NCBI GenBank assembly: GCA_025055015.1
Contig: JANWYQ010000006.1
Span: 1 to 58,498, forward strand
DNA from: Caldilineales bacterium
Lineage (GTDB): Bacteria; Chloroflexota; Anaerolineae; JAAEKA01
Direction: 5' to 3'
Length of the DNA: 58,498 nucleotides
The position numbers and the translations under genes are program-made. Positions 16,472 through 26,783 of this stretch are shown here, piece by piece. How positions within the stretch are numbered: the stretch's first letter is position 1; every line of letters begins with the position of its first letter. The notes under the pieces were generated by a model, which did not search any database, had not been told where the DNA came from, and worked only from the letters and a program-made list of their open reading frames with translations.

Positions 16472-17893
16472 ATGACGAACGACCTCTTCTGGCCCGTCCT
16501 GGCGGCCAGCCTGGCTTGGCTGGCGCCGGCCGGCTTCACCCTGATGGCTGCAGCGGCAGCTCCGCCGGAGCGCGCCTGGCAGACCGCGCTGGCCGGCCTG
16601 GCCGCGGTCGGGCTGGCGGCCCTGGCCTTCTTCCTGGTCGGCTTCAGCCTGGCCTTCGGCGGCGTCGGCCTGGTCTATCCCGACGTGCCCGGCTTTGGCG
16701 GCCTGGTCTGGGAGTGGTCGGCGCTGGGGCCGGAGTGGGGGCCGACGTGGGGCATGGCGGGGCTGGCCGGCTGGGCGCTGACCGGCCCGGCGGCGACGCC
16801 CGAGGCCTACCTGCTGTTCGTAGCGCACCTGCCCTGGGCGGCCACGGCGACGGCCATCCCGCTGTGGGCGCTGCGCGGTCGCGCGCCGGCCGCCGTTGTC
16901 CTGTTGAGCGGGTTGCTGGTGGGTGGCCTGGCCTATCCGCTGGCCGTCAACTGGCTGTGGGGAGGTGGGTGGCTGGCCAACCTGGGCATCAACTTAAACC
17001 TGGGCCACGGCCTGGTGGACTTTGCCGGCGCCGGCCCTGTCCACCTGGTAGGCGGTGCCGTGGCTTTGGCCGGACTGTTGGCCCTGGCGCCGCGGCGAGC
17101 GCCGCGGCCGGCCGACGAGCCCGCGCCGCTGCCTCCGGCCCACCTGCCCCTGCTGGCGGCGGCCGGCGCCTTTTTCGTCTTGGCCGGCAGCGTCGGCTGG
17201 CACTTTGCCAACCCCTTGCTGCGCTTGGAGAGCCTCTTGCCGACCCGGGGGATGGCCAACGCGCTCTTGGCGGCGACAGGGGGCGTCCTGCTGCCGGCAG
17301 CCTACACCTGGTTCGTGGCCGGCCGGGTGGACCCGCTGATGGCGGCGCGCGGGCTGGCCGCCGGCTCGGTCGCCGGGCTGGCGTTGGGGCCCTTCGTGCC
17401 GCCGTGGGCCGCCCTGCTCACCGGCGCAGCGGCCGGCCTGCTGCTGCCGTTGGTGCACTACCTGGTGACCGAGACCTTGCGGGTGGCCGACGACACCGCC
17501 GTGGTGGCGGTGCACCTGTTGGGCGCGGCAGTGGGCCTGCTGGCCGTGGGGCTGTGGGCGGACGGGTTGGCCGGCGCCGGTTGGAACCAGACGGGCTCAG
17601 CCGGGTATCTGGGCGCAGTGGGCCAGGGGGTCACGGGCCTCTGGCCGGCGGCCGGCTTCACCTCGGACTGGCCGGGCCAGATGCAGGCGCAGGCGGTGGG
17701 GCTGGCGGCGCTCTTCTTGGGGCCCTTCCTGGCGGGCACGGTGGCCCTGGGAGGCGCAGCGCTGGCCGTGCAGGGCGCGCAGGGGCTCGCCCGTCGAGCC
17801 TTGCCAGGCGAGCCGGAGATGGCCGTTGGCCCAGGGGATCTGGGGGCTGCCGTGGCGCTTCCCGTCTCGACCGAGAGCAGCAGCGATGGCTAG
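16472..17893 (+). CDS. amt: Ammonium transporter family protein (Amt/MEP, divergent)
   Basis: About 11 TM. DFAGAGPVHLVGGAVALAGLLALAPRR matches the Amt signature D-F-A-G-G-x-V-H-x-x-G-G-x-x-x-L-x-x-x-x-x-L-G-x-R. 473 aa. Confidence 0.65.
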   Translation: MTNDLFWPVLAASLAWLAPAGFTLMAAAAAPPERAWQTALAGLAAVGLAALAFFLVGFSLAFGGVGLVYPDVPGFGGLVWEWSALGPEWGPTWGMAGLAGWALTGPAATPEAYLLFVAHLPWAATATAIPLWALRGRAPAAVVLLSGLLVGGLAYPLAVNWLWGGGWLANLGINLNLGHGLVDFAGAGPVHLVGGAVALAGLLALAPRRAPRPADEPAPLPPAHLPLLAAAGAFFVLAGSVGWHFANPLLRLESLLPTRGMANALLAATGGVLLPAAYTWFVAGRVDPLMAARGLAAGSVAGLALGPFVPPWAALLTGAAAGLLLPLVHYLVTETLRVADDTAVVAVHLLGAAVGLLAVGLWADGLAGAGWNQTGSAGYLGAVGQGVTGLWPAAGFTSDWPGQMQAQAVGLAALFLGPFLAGTVALGGAALAVQGAQGLARRALPGEPEMAVGPGDLGAAVALPVSTESSSDG

Positions 17894-17923
17894 GGCCCAG
17901 CGCGGGCGAACGACGAGGACGCA

Positions 17924-19135
17924 ATGAGCGTACATCGGCGAGGTTTGGGGCGGCTTCTCCCTCTGGGTCTGTTGATGGCGACGTGGGTGGGTGGCGCCTG
18001 GCTGCTGGCCGGCTGCCAGGTGGTCGTTCAACCGCCCTTCACCGCGGCCTCGGCCACGCCGGCGCCCAGCCCGACGCCGGTGGTCCTCATCGCCACGCCG
18101 ACCCCGTTGCCCCCGCTGCCGGATGCCGACCTGGACGCAGCCGAGCGGCGCATCGTCGAGGTCTATCGCCGGGTGGCGCCGGCAGTGGTCAACATCACCA
18201 CCCAGGTGTTGCGCAGCGACTTCTTCTTTGGCGTCTACCCAGAGGAGGGCAGCGGCTCCGGCTTCGTGTTCGACCAGGCCGGCCACATCGTCACCAACTA
18301 CCACGTGGTGGAGGGCGCGCGGCAGATCGTGGTGAGCTTCGGCGAGGGCGTGGAGATGCCGGCGCAGGTGGTGGGCGTGGACCCGGCCAACGACCTGGCG
18401 GTGTTGCGGGTGGAGGAGCTGCCGGAGGGGGTGCTGCCCGTGCCCCTGGGCGACTCGGACGAGCTCCAGGTGGGCCAGACGGCCATCGCCATCGGCAACC
18501 CCTTCGGCCAGTTCGAGCGCACCCTGACCGTCGGGGTGATCAGCGCGGTCAACCGCACCCTGCGGGTGGACAACGAGCGCGTGCTGCGCGGGGTGATCCA
18601 GACCGACGCGTCCATCAACCGCGGCAACTCCGGCGGGCCGCTGTTGGACAGCCGGGGCCGGCTGATCGGCGTCAACACCGCCATCTACTCGCCCACGGGC
18701 ACCTCGGCGGGCGTGGGCTTCGCCGTTCCGGTGAACAAGGTGAAGCGGGTGGTGCCGGTGCTGATCGAGCGCGGGCGCTTCCCGCACCCCTGGCTGGGCA
18801 TCGAGGGGCTGGGCTACGTGCTCTACCCAGAGCTGGCTGAGGCGCTGGGCCTGCCCACCTCCCAGGGCCTGCTCATCGCCCAGGCCTATCGGGACAGCCC
18901 CGCCGTGCGCGCGGGCATCCGCACTGCCACGCGCGAGGTGATCTACGGCCGGCGCCGGCTGCTGGTGGGCGGCGACGTGTTGGTGGCCATTGACGGCGTG
19001 CCGCTGCGCACCTGGGAGGACCTGGACGCCTACCTCCAGGAGCGCGCCGAGGTGGGTCAGACGGTGACCCTTACCCTCTGGCGGAATGGACGGCAGATCG
19101 AGCTGCCCGTGGTGTTGGGAGAGCAGCCGTCATGA
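17924..19135 (+). CDS. htrA: HtrA/DegP-family trypsin-like serine protease with PDZ domain
   Basis: Catalytic triad contexts HIVTNYHVV, DLAVLRV and GNSGGPLLDSRGRLIGVNTAI. C-terminal PDZ-like region. N-terminal signal/TM. Confidence 0.9.
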   Translation: MSVHRRGLGRLLPLGLLMATWVGGAWLLAGCQVVVQPPFTAASATPAPSPTPVVLIATPTPLPPLPDADLDAAERRIVEVYRRVAPAVVNITTQVLRSDFFFGVYPEEGSGSGFVFDQAGHIVTNYHVVEGARQIVVSFGEGVEMPAQVVGVDPANDLAVLRVEELPEGVLPVPLGDSDELQVGQTAIAIGNPFGQFERTLTVGVISAVNRTLRVDNERVLRGVIQTDASINRGNSGGPLLDSRGRLIGVNTAIYSPTGTSAGVGFAVPVNKVKRVVPVLIERGRFPHPWLGIEGLGYVLYPELAEALGLPTSQGLLIAQAYRDSPAVRAGIRTATREVIYGRRRLLVGGDVLVAIDGVPLRTWEDLDAYLQERAEVGQTVTLTLWRNGRQIELPVVLGEQPS

Positions 19136-19977
19136 CCAGCCTGCCTACCGACCCGCGGCGGGCCGATCTGCCCGCGGCCGACGTCCAGCCGGTGAGCAGC
19201 CCCAGGATCGGGTGGCTGAACCACCGCGCCGTCCTCCGCTGGGCGCTGTTAGCGGCGGCGGCGCTGGCTTTGGCGTGGGTGGTCTTCAAGTACCGCCAGC
19301 CGCTGCTGGCCCTGGCCACGGACCAGGCGACCCTACAAGCCTGGGTGGAGCGCCTAGGACCGTGGGGTCCCCTGGGGCTGGTGGCGATCAGCGCGCTGCA
19401 GGTGGTCTTCGCCTTCGTGCCGGGCCCGGTGATCCAGGTGGTGGGCGGCTACCTGTTCGGCTGGTTCGGCGGCGCGGTCTTCGGCGTGATCGGCATGGTG
19501 TTGGGCGGCGCAATCGCCATGACCCTGTCGCGGCTGTTCGGCCGGCCGCTGGTGCAGCGGATGATCGGCGCGGAGCGGCTGGCGCGCTGGGAGCGGGTGG
19601 CGCGGCTGAACTCGCTGCCCATTTGGTTTGTCCTGATGCTGGGCCCCTTCGGCGACGTGCCGTACTACATCGCCGGGCTGACCTCGCTGCCCGTCTGGAA
19701 GATCGTGGCCGTGGCGGCCTTTGTGCGCGGGCCCTCGGTGATCGTGGCTGCGGCCATCGGCGCCGGCGTCATCCCCCGCAACTCGCCGGTGATCGTTGTG
19801 CTGCTGGCGCTGGCCGTCGCCATTATGCTGCTGGCCGTGCGCTATCAGCGGCAGATCGAAGCCTGGGTGGACCGCCACCTGCTGCAGCGGGTGGTGCCCG
19901 GGGATCCGCCCGCGGCCGGGCACGCCCTAGACCCGGCGCCGGCGGCGGACTCGCCTGAGGCCGCCCGCGATCTGTAA
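19132..19977 (+). CDS. DedA/TVP38/TMEM64-family membrane protein
   Basis: VFAFVPGPVIQVVGGYLFGWFGGAVFGVIGMVLGGAIAMTLSRLFGRPL is the SNARE-associated/TVP38 signature. Overlaps the htrA stop. Confidence 0.85.
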   Translation: MTSLPTDPRRADLPAADVQPVSSPRIGWLNHRAVLRWALLAAAALALAWVVFKYRQPLLALATDQATLQAWVERLGPWGPLGLVAISALQVVFAFVPGPVIQVVGGYLFGWFGGAVFGVIGMVLGGAIAMTLSRLFGRPLVQRMIGAERLARWERVARLNSLPIWFVLMLGPFGDVPYYIAGLTSLPVWKIVAVAAFVRGPSVIVAAAIGAGVIPRNSPVIVVLLALAVAIMLLAVRYQRQIEAWVDRHLLQRVVPGDPPAAGHALDPAPAADSPEAARDL

Positions 19978-20000
19978 CAGCGCAAACGGAGCAAGGCGCC

Positions 20001-20183
20001 TTGACTGCACAGCTTCCCAACGACCTGGAGACGATCCGCCAGCGTGAAAACCGCCTGCTCCTCCGGGTGACGGCCGCCCTGGGCTGTGTCCTGCTCCTCT
20101 GTCTGTTGGCGGCGGCCATCACCGTGGGCTTAGCCCTGATCTGGTCGCTCCAGGGCACCCTTGGGCCAGGCGGCGCCTTCTGA
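20001..20183 (+). CDS. Small hypothetical membrane peptide (60 aa, TTG start)
   Basis: ORF with GGAG 9 nt upstream of TTG. One clear TM helix (AALGCVLLLCLLAAAITVGLALIW). In the 245-bp gap between dedA and the SNF2 gene. Confidence 0.25.
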   Translation: MTAQLPNDLETIRQRENRLLLRVTAALGCVLLLCLLAAAITVGLALIWSLQGTLGPGGAF

Positions 20184-20223
20184 GAGCGCTGATCGAAACC
20201 GTAGAGCGACGAGTCTGCACTGT

Positions 20224-23200
20224 ATGAGTACGGCAACCTCCGTTGGCCCGCTGTTGACCCCTGCCCAGCTGAGCGCTGCCATCAGCCACCTGTACCCGCG
20301 GTATGATGCGGTCACCAAAGGCCGCAGCCTACTCCAGGAGGGCAGCGTGCAGCTGGTGGGGTTCACCGGCCAGCAAGCCAACTACCTGGTCGCGGACGGC
20401 AAGCAGAGCCATCAGGTAAACATCATGGCCGCTTCGGCCGCTCAGGTGATCGTCGCCTGCTCTTGCCGATCCGTCACACCCGGCTGGGCGTGCGCCCACG
20501 TGATGGCGGCCGTGTGGCACCTGGCCGAACACCTGCAACGGCGGTTGGAGGGGGATTGGCGCTATCGCGTGGAGGTGGCCCTGGCCGCCACGCCGCCCTA
20601 CAAGCCGGCCAAGGCCCAGCGGGTCAACCGCGCGGTGGTCTTGGCAGGCCTGCGCATCACCAAGAGCGGGTTAGCCTACACAGGTCAAACCTACCTCTAC
20701 CAGGTGCCGGAGACAGCCTGGCGGAGGGTGAGGGAGATAGCCGACAGCGCCGAGCCGGCGCAGGCCGCCCTGCAGGTGCTGGACGAGGACGCCGCCTGGA
20801 AGCCCCTCCTCCAGCCCTACACGTTCAACACCAAGGTTGAGGTGGTCAACCTCGCCTTCGAGGCCCAGCAGTTCCTCGAGCTTTTGCGGGGCAACGTGCG
20901 GTCCAGCTACGGCTACTACTCCAGCTACCAGCCCATCGAAATCCCCTTCGCCCACCTCTCCCTGATCTTTCGGCTGAACCTGCCGATCTTCTTGATGGAG
21001 CGGGAGCGGCCCACAGCGCGGCTTGAGGTACGGGAGGAGCCGCTGACGCTCCAGGCGGCCCTGGTAGAGGAGGGAGAGACCGAGGTGCTGGAGGCCGGCG
21101 TTCGCCTGGGCGATGAGGTCTTCCGCCTGGACGACCGACGTGTGAAGCTGCTGGTGCAGGAGCAAAAGGCGTGGATCCTGGTCAAGAACGTGCTGGCGCC
21201 GGTGGCCAACGCCAACGCCCTGCAGATGCTGAACCTCTTCCCGCTGCGCATCCCCGCGGCGGAGAGCGAGGAGTTCCGCACCCGCTACTTCCAGCTCCTG
21301 AACCAGCGCATGCCCCTCGTGGGCGATCGGGTGAGGTGGGAGGTGGTGCAGGCCAAGCCGGTGCCGCGGCTCTACCTGACCAAGAACGGGGATGCGCCGC
21401 TGCGGGCCGAGCTGCGCTTCGGCTACGGCGACTACGAGGTGAAGGCTCACCCTCGCCCGCCCCGGGAGGAGAACATCACCTTGCCCGGCCAGTGGGGTGG
21501 GGTGCGAGTCGTGCGCGACACGGACGCCGAGTTTGCGGTCATCAACCTGCTCACCGATGCCCGCTATGGCCTCAAGCGCGCCGGCCCCAGCGAGCCGGGC
21601 GTCTACGAGATTCGCGCCCGCACCCACCCCCTGGACTTCCTGGTGAAGTGCATCCCGGCCCTCACCGAGGCCGGCTTCGAGATCTACGGCGACAAGAACA
21701 TCGCCAAGGTCAATCGCCACCGGCCCACCGTCACCCTGAACATCACCAGCGGCATTGACTGGTTCGACGTGCAGGCGTTGGTCCACTACGGCGACCAAAC
21801 CGTATCGCTGAAGGAGGTCTACAAGGCCCTGCGCCGGGGGGACCGCTACATCAAGTTGGCCGATGGCTCGGTGGGCCAGCTGCCGGAGGAGTGGCTGGAG
21901 CGCTATCGCCACCTCTTCGCCCTGGCCGAGGAAACCGCCGACGGGCTGCGGGTGAAGGACCTGCAGGTTTCGCTGCTGGACGAGCTGCTGGCCGAGGCGG
22001 AGACCCGAAACATCGCGCCGGAGTTCCACGCCAAGCGGGAGCGGCTGAAGGGCTTCGCCGGCATCGCCGAGCAGCCGTTGCCCGCCGGCTTCACAGGCGA
22101 GCTGCGCCCGTACCAGAAGGCGGGCTACGACTGGCTGCACTTCCTGCACGAGTACGGCTTCGGCGGCATCCTGGCCGACGACATGGGGCTGGGCAAGACG
22201 ATACAGGCCCTGGCCTTCCTGCAGTCGCTGAAGGAGCGAGGCCAGCTGCCGCGGCCGGCCCTGCTGGTGGTGCCCAAGAGCCTGCTGGTCAACTGGCAGC
22301 GGGAGGCCGCCCGCTTCGCGCCCGAGCTGCGGGTCCTGGAGTTCATGGGCAACTTCCGCAAGAAGGACTATGCCCGCTTCGACCAGGCCGACCTGGTGAT
22401 CACCACCTACGGCACCATGCTGCGGGACATCGAGTTCCTGCAGGGCTATCGCTTCGCCTACGCGATCCTGGACGAGTCGCAGGCCGTGAAGAACCCCCTG
22501 GCCAAGAGCAGCAAGGCCGTGCGCCTGCTCCAGGCCGACCACCGCCTGTGCCTCACCGGCACGCCGGTGGAGAACAACACCTTCGAGCTCTGGTCGCAGT
22601 TCGCCTTCCTCAACCCAGGCCTGCTGGGCAGCCTGGAGTACTTCAAGGACCACTTCGCCTCGGACATCGAGCGCCGCGACGAGGCGGCCCAGCCCGCCGC
22701 CCAGCTCCTGCGCCGGCTGACCTACCCCTTCATCCTGCGTCGCACCAAGGAGCAGGTGGCGCCGGAGCTGCCCCCGCGCACCGAGCGCGTCATCTACATT
22801 GACCTCGAGCCGGCGCAGCGCAAGCTCTACCATCAGACGCGCGATTACTATCGCGGTCTGCTGCTAGGCCTCCTCGAACAGCAGCAGGAGATCAACGACA
22901 TCCGCTTCAAGATCTTGGAGGGACTGCTGCGCATGCGCCAGGTGTGCATCCACCCGCAGCTGGTAGAGCCGACCTACCATGGGCCCTCGGCCAAGTTCGA
23001 GATCGTGCTGGAGACCCTGGAGACCCTTCAGGCCGAGGGGCACAAGGCGCTGGTCTTCTCCCAGTTCGTGCAGTCGCTGGCCTTGCTGCGCCGGGAGATG
23101 GACGCGCGCCACATGGCCTACGCCTACCTGGACGGCCAAACCCAGAACCGCCAGGCGCAGGTGGACCGCTTCCAGCAGGACCCCACAGTGCCCTTCTTCT

Positions 23201-23493
23201 TGATCAGCCTGAAGGCGGGCGGCCTCGGGCTGAACCTGACCGCAGCGGACTACGTGCTGCACCTGGACCCCTGGTGGAACCCGGCGGTGGAGATGCAGGC
23301 CTCCGACCGCGCCCACCGCATCGGCCAGGAGAAGCCGGTGTTCATCTACAAGTTCATCGCCCGCGACACGGTGGAGGAGAAGATCCTTCAGCTACAAGCC
23401 CGCAAGCGAGAGCTGGTGGAGCAGCTCATCGCCGAGGAGGGCAGCTTCTTCAAGTCCCTGACCAGCGAGGACATCAAGGTGCTCTTCTCGTGA
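20224..23493 (+). CDS. SWIM zinc-finger + SNF2-family helicase (RapA/HepA-like Superfamily 2 ATPase)
   Basis: SWIM CxCxnCxH motif (CSCRSVTPGWACAHVMAAVWH). SNF2 motifs LADDMGLGKTIQALAF, DESQAVKN, LTGTPVEN and helicase-C DPWWNPAVEMQASDRAHRIGQ. Start chosen at MSTATSVGPLL. Confidence 0.9.
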   Translation: MSTATSVGPLLTPAQLSAAISHLYPRYDAVTKGRSLLQEGSVQLVGFTGQQANYLVADGKQSHQVNIMAASAAQVIVACSCRSVTPGWACAHVMAAVWHLAEHLQRRLEGDWRYRVEVALAATPPYKPAKAQRVNRAVVLAGLRITKSGLAYTGQTYLYQVPETAWRRVREIADSAEPAQAALQVLDEDAAWKPLLQPYTFNTKVEVVNLAFEAQQFLELLRGNVRSSYGYYSSYQPIEIPFAHLSLIFRLNLPIFLMERERPTARLEVREEPLTLQAALVEEGETEVLEAGVRLGDEVFRLDDRRVKLLVQEQKAWILVKNVLAPVANANALQMLNLFPLRIPAAESEEFRTRYFQLLNQRMPLVGDRVRWEVVQAKPVPRLYLTKNGDAPLRAELRFGYGDYEVKAHPRPPREENITLPGQWGGVRVVRDTDAEFAVINLLTDARYGLKRAGPSEPGVYEIRARTHPLDFLVKCIPALTEAGFEIYGDKNIAKVNRHRPTVTLNITSGIDWFDVQALVHYGDQTVSLKEVYKALRRGDRYIKLADGSVGQLPEEWLERYRHLFALAEETADGLRVKDLQVSLLDELLAEAETRNIAPEFHAKRERLKGFAGIAEQPLPAGFTGELRPYQKAGYDWLHFLHEYGFGGILADDMGLGKTIQALAFLQSLKERGQLPRPALLVVPKSLLVNWQREAARFAPELRVLEFMGNFRKKDYARFDQADLVITTYGTMLRDIEFLQGYRFAYAILDESQAVKNPLAKSSKAVRLLQADHRLCLTGTPVENNTFELWSQFAFLNPGLLGSLEYFKDHFASDIERRDEAAQPAAQLLRRLTYPFILRRTKEQVAPELPPRTERVIYIDLEPAQRKLYHQTRDYYRGLLLGLLEQQQEINDIRFKILEGLLRMRQVCIHPQLVEPTYHGPSAKFEIVLETLETLQAEGHKALVFSQFVQSLALLRREMDARHMAYAYLDGQTQNRQAQVDRFQQDPTVPFFLISLKAGGLGLNLTAADYVLHLDPWWNPAVEMQASDRAHRIGQEKPVFIYKFIARDTVEEKILQLQARKRELVEQLIAEEGSFFKSLTSEDIKVLFS

Positions 23494-23616
23494 GCGTCTA
23501 GTCTGGATGAAGCCTGACTGATTGTCCTAGCAGCCGAAGCTAGACTGAAGACCGGCGTCGGCTGCTACGTCTCTTGGGCCGCGACGCCAACGACCTATCC
23601 TCACGGAGAGCAAACA

Positions 23617-24087
<471 letters not shown>

Positions 24088-24208
24088 TCAGGCGCGACAG
24101 TCGGCAGCTTTGGAGAGCTGCTAGCTGGCTTGTAAGGATCGCACCATCCTCTCACCGTCAGGCTGCCTTGGCCCCTGGCGGTGAACTTTTTTCGGCGAAA
24201 GCCAAGCT

Positions 24209-25645
24209 ATGCTTCCCGACCCCTCCTCGCCTCCTCCTGCACAGCCGAAAGCCGACCGTTCCCGGGCTCCGTGGCTTCTGGTCGGCCTGCTGGCGGCCCT
24301 AGCCCTGTTCGGCCTGTGCGCCACGGCTGCGCTGACCGCGGCCGCCGTGTGGCTGCGGGGCAACGCCCAGGTCTCGACGCCGGCCGACAGGGCGGTGGAC
24401 ACGGCTGTTACAGCCGAGCCCCCGGCGCCGGCTCCCACCCCGGCCGTTGCCGCAGCCGTTAACCGCATCGTGCTGGTGGATCCGGAGGGCCGGCTGGCCA
24501 CCGTGGCCCCCGACGGCAGCGACCTGCGGACCCTGACGCCCGCCGGCCCCCGCTTCCAGTTCCCGGCCTGGTCCCCCGACGCCGGCCGAGTGGCAGCTAC
24601 CGGCGGCGACGACGAGCGCGGCCTGGTGGTGGTCGTGGCCGACCGGCCCGGCGCCGCGCCGACAACCCTCTACGAGAGCGCGCTGCGCCCTCCCTTTTAC
24701 CTCTACTGGTCGCCTGACGGCCGCCGGATCAGTTTTCTGGCCAACGAGCCCTCGGGCGCCCTGCGGCCCGGCATCGCCCTGCACCTGGTGCCCGCCGACG
24801 GCGGCGCCGAGAGCCGGATTGTGCAGACCGGCCAGCCCTTCTACTGGCAGTGGACGGCGGACAGCAGCCGGCTCTTCATCCATGTGGGCGGCGCAGGCCG
24901 AGACGCTCGCCTGGCCTTCGTGGCGGCCGACGGCCAGGTAGTGCAGGAAGGGTTGGCCATCCCTGGCTTCTTCCAAGCGCCGGGGATCTCGCCCAACGGC
25001 CGCTGGCTCAGCTTCGCCGAGGCCACCGACGCCGGCTCCCAGGTGGTGGCGCTGCGGCCGGCCGATGGCCAGCGGCGCACCGCCCCGCACCGCGGCCTGG
25101 CTGCCATGAGCTGGAGCCCTGCGGCCGACCTGCTGGCCTTCACCAGCCCCACCGCAGACAGCGCCTCCTTCTTCGGGCCCTTGCGCCTGCTGGACGTGGA
25201 GACCGGGTCTGTGGACACCCTGGTCAACGACACGGTGTTCTGCTTCTTCTGGTCGCCGGACGGCCGCGCCATCGCCTACCTGACCCGCGACGACGGCCGT
25301 CGAGGGCCGCAAGTGGGCCGTTCAAAGGATTTCATCAGCGATGCCCAACCGCAGGGCCACCCGCCGATTCGCCTGCGCCTGTCGCTGGTGGACGTTGCGT
25401 CCGGCCAGGTGCGCACCCTGACCACCTTCCAGCCTACCGCCGTGTTCATCACCCAGTTCATCCCCTTCTTCGACCAGTACGCTCTCAGCCATCGGCTGTG
25501 GTCTCCGGCCGGCGACGCGCTGGTGTTGCCCATGGTGGACGACCAAGGACAGGAGGGCATTTACGTGGTGTCGGCCTCCGGGGACGCGGCCGGTGAACGT
25601 CGCCGCGTGGCGGACGGAAGCATGGCCTTCTGGAGCCCGCGCTGA
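24209..25645 (+). CDS. Membrane-anchored TolB-like beta-propeller (PD40/WD40-like repeats) protein
   Basis: N-terminal TM (WLLVGLLAALALFGLCATAAL), then repeated YWSPDGRRISF, SPNGRWLSFAE and FFWSPDGRAIAYL PD40 repeats. Confidence 0.7.
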   Translation: MLPDPSSPPPAQPKADRSRAPWLLVGLLAALALFGLCATAALTAAAVWLRGNAQVSTPADRAVDTAVTAEPPAPAPTPAVAAAVNRIVLVDPEGRLATVAPDGSDLRTLTPAGPRFQFPAWSPDAGRVAATGGDDERGLVVVVADRPGAAPTTLYESALRPPFYLYWSPDGRRISFLANEPSGALRPGIALHLVPADGGAESRIVQTGQPFYWQWTADSSRLFIHVGGAGRDARLAFVAADGQVVQEGLAIPGFFQAPGISPNGRWLSFAEATDAGSQVVALRPADGQRRTAPHRGLAAMSWSPAADLLAFTSPTADSASFFGPLRLLDVETGSVDTLVNDTVFCFFWSPDGRAIAYLTRDDGRRGPQVGRSKDFISDAQPQGHPPIRLRLSLVDVASGQVRTLTTFQPTAVFITQFIPFFDQYALSHRLWSPAGDALVLPMVDDQGQEGIYVVSASGDAAGERRRVADGSMAFWSPR

Positions 25646-25659
25646 GACGGGATCGCTCC

Positions 25660-26766
25660 ATGCTGCTTCGTCGCACCTGGGCCGTGGCGCGCAAGGAGCT
25701 GCGCCACATCGCCCGCAACCGCCTCTCCCTCTTCCTGGTCACCCTGTCGCCGGCGCTGCTGCTCTTCCTGCTGGCCTACGTCTTCGCCTTCAACGTGGAC
25801 ACCGCCGACCTGGCCGTGTGGGACCTGAGCCGCACCTCGGCCAGCCGGCACTTCGTGGCTGCCCTCACCGGCGGGGAACACCTGCGGCTGGCTGCGCAGG
25901 CGACGAGCTACGACGAGATTGACCGCCTGTTGGTGGCCGGCACAGTGGACGCTGCCCTGGTCCTCCCGCCGGACTTCGCCGCGCGGCTGGGCCAGCCCCT
26001 GCAGCTCCAGATCGTGCTGGACGGCAGCAACCCCATCATCGCCAACCAGATCCTGGGGATCATCGGCCGCGCCGCTGCGGCCGCCATCGCCGACCTGCAG
26101 CCGGCGGGCGTCTTGGCGCCGCCCACCTTCGAGGTGCGCAGCCGCGTGTGGTACAACGAGGAATTGAAGAGCCAGGTGAGCATGGTGCCCGGGCTGATGG
26201 GCATCGTGCTCTCCCTGCCCGCCCTGGCCCTCAGCCTCAGCCTGACGCGGGAGAAGGAGCTGGGCACCTTGGAGGGGCTGATGGCGACGCCTCTGGAGGG
26301 CGTGGCCTACCTGTTGGGCAAGACTGCGGCCTACGTGGTCACCGGCTTGGTGGGCCTGTTGGCGAGCTGGCTGGTGGCCGTCGGCTGGTTCCGGGTGCCC
26401 TTTCGGGGCGACCTGGGGTTGCTGGTGTTGCTCACCGCGGCCTACTTCCTGGCCACCTGCGGCGTGAGCCTGTTGATCGCCAGCCGCATCCGCAGCCAGC
26501 AGGCCGCCATGCTCCTGGTGATGCTCATCTTCTTCGTGCCTAGCTTCTTCCTGGCGGGGCTGATTGACCCGATTGACCGCACGTCGCCCACGTCGGTGGC
26601 TCTGGCCATCCCCCTGCCCGCCACCCACTACATCGCCATCGCGCGCGGGCAGTTCCTCAAGGGCATCGGCCTGGAGGTGCTGGGCGCCGCAGCGCTGACC
26701 CTGCTGCTCATGGGCCTGCTGGCCCTGCTGATCAGCACCCTGGCCTTCCGCAAGCGCCTGGCCTAG
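25660..26766 (+). CDS. ABC-2 type transporter permease
   Basis: MLLRRTWAVARKELRHIARNRLSLFLVTLSPALLLFLLAYVF is the ABC-2 N-terminus. 6 TM. Confidence 0.8.
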   Translation: MLLRRTWAVARKELRHIARNRLSLFLVTLSPALLLFLLAYVFAFNVDTADLAVWDLSRTSASRHFVAALTGGEHLRLAAQATSYDEIDRLLVAGTVDAALVLPPDFAARLGQPLQLQIVLDGSNPIIANQILGIIGRAAAAAIADLQPAGVLAPPTFEVRSRVWYNEELKSQVSMVPGLMGIVLSLPALALSLSLTREKELGTLEGLMATPLEGVAYLLGKTAAYVVTGLVGLLASWLVAVGWFRVPFRGDLGLLVLLTAAYFLATCGVSLLIASRIRSQQAAMLLVMLIFFVPSFFLAGLIDPIDRTSPTSVALAIPLPATHYIAIARGQFLKGIGLEVLGAAALTLLLMGLLALLISTLAFRKRLA

Positions 26767-26783
26767 GCGTTCTGGGGGCTCCC

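Noticed and set aside
16315-18840. 841-aa plus ORF, plus 17597..18787 (-) and 16994..17515 (-)
   Set aside because: Gly/Arg/Ala low-complexity frames running across the amt and htrA genes. The real genes are in other frames with clear Amt and S1C protease motifs.
19086-19958. 290-aa plus ORF
   Set aside because: Out-of-frame overlap with the dedA gene.
20671-22833. 720-aa minus ORF and 21171..21758 / 21891..22802 plus ORFs
   Set aside because: Antisense or alternate frames of the SWIM-SNF2 helicase gene.
24299-26628. ORFs 24299..25312 (-), 24850..25596 (+), 25561..26628 (-)
   Set aside because: They overlap the TolB-like and ABC-2 permease genes. Low-complexity composition.
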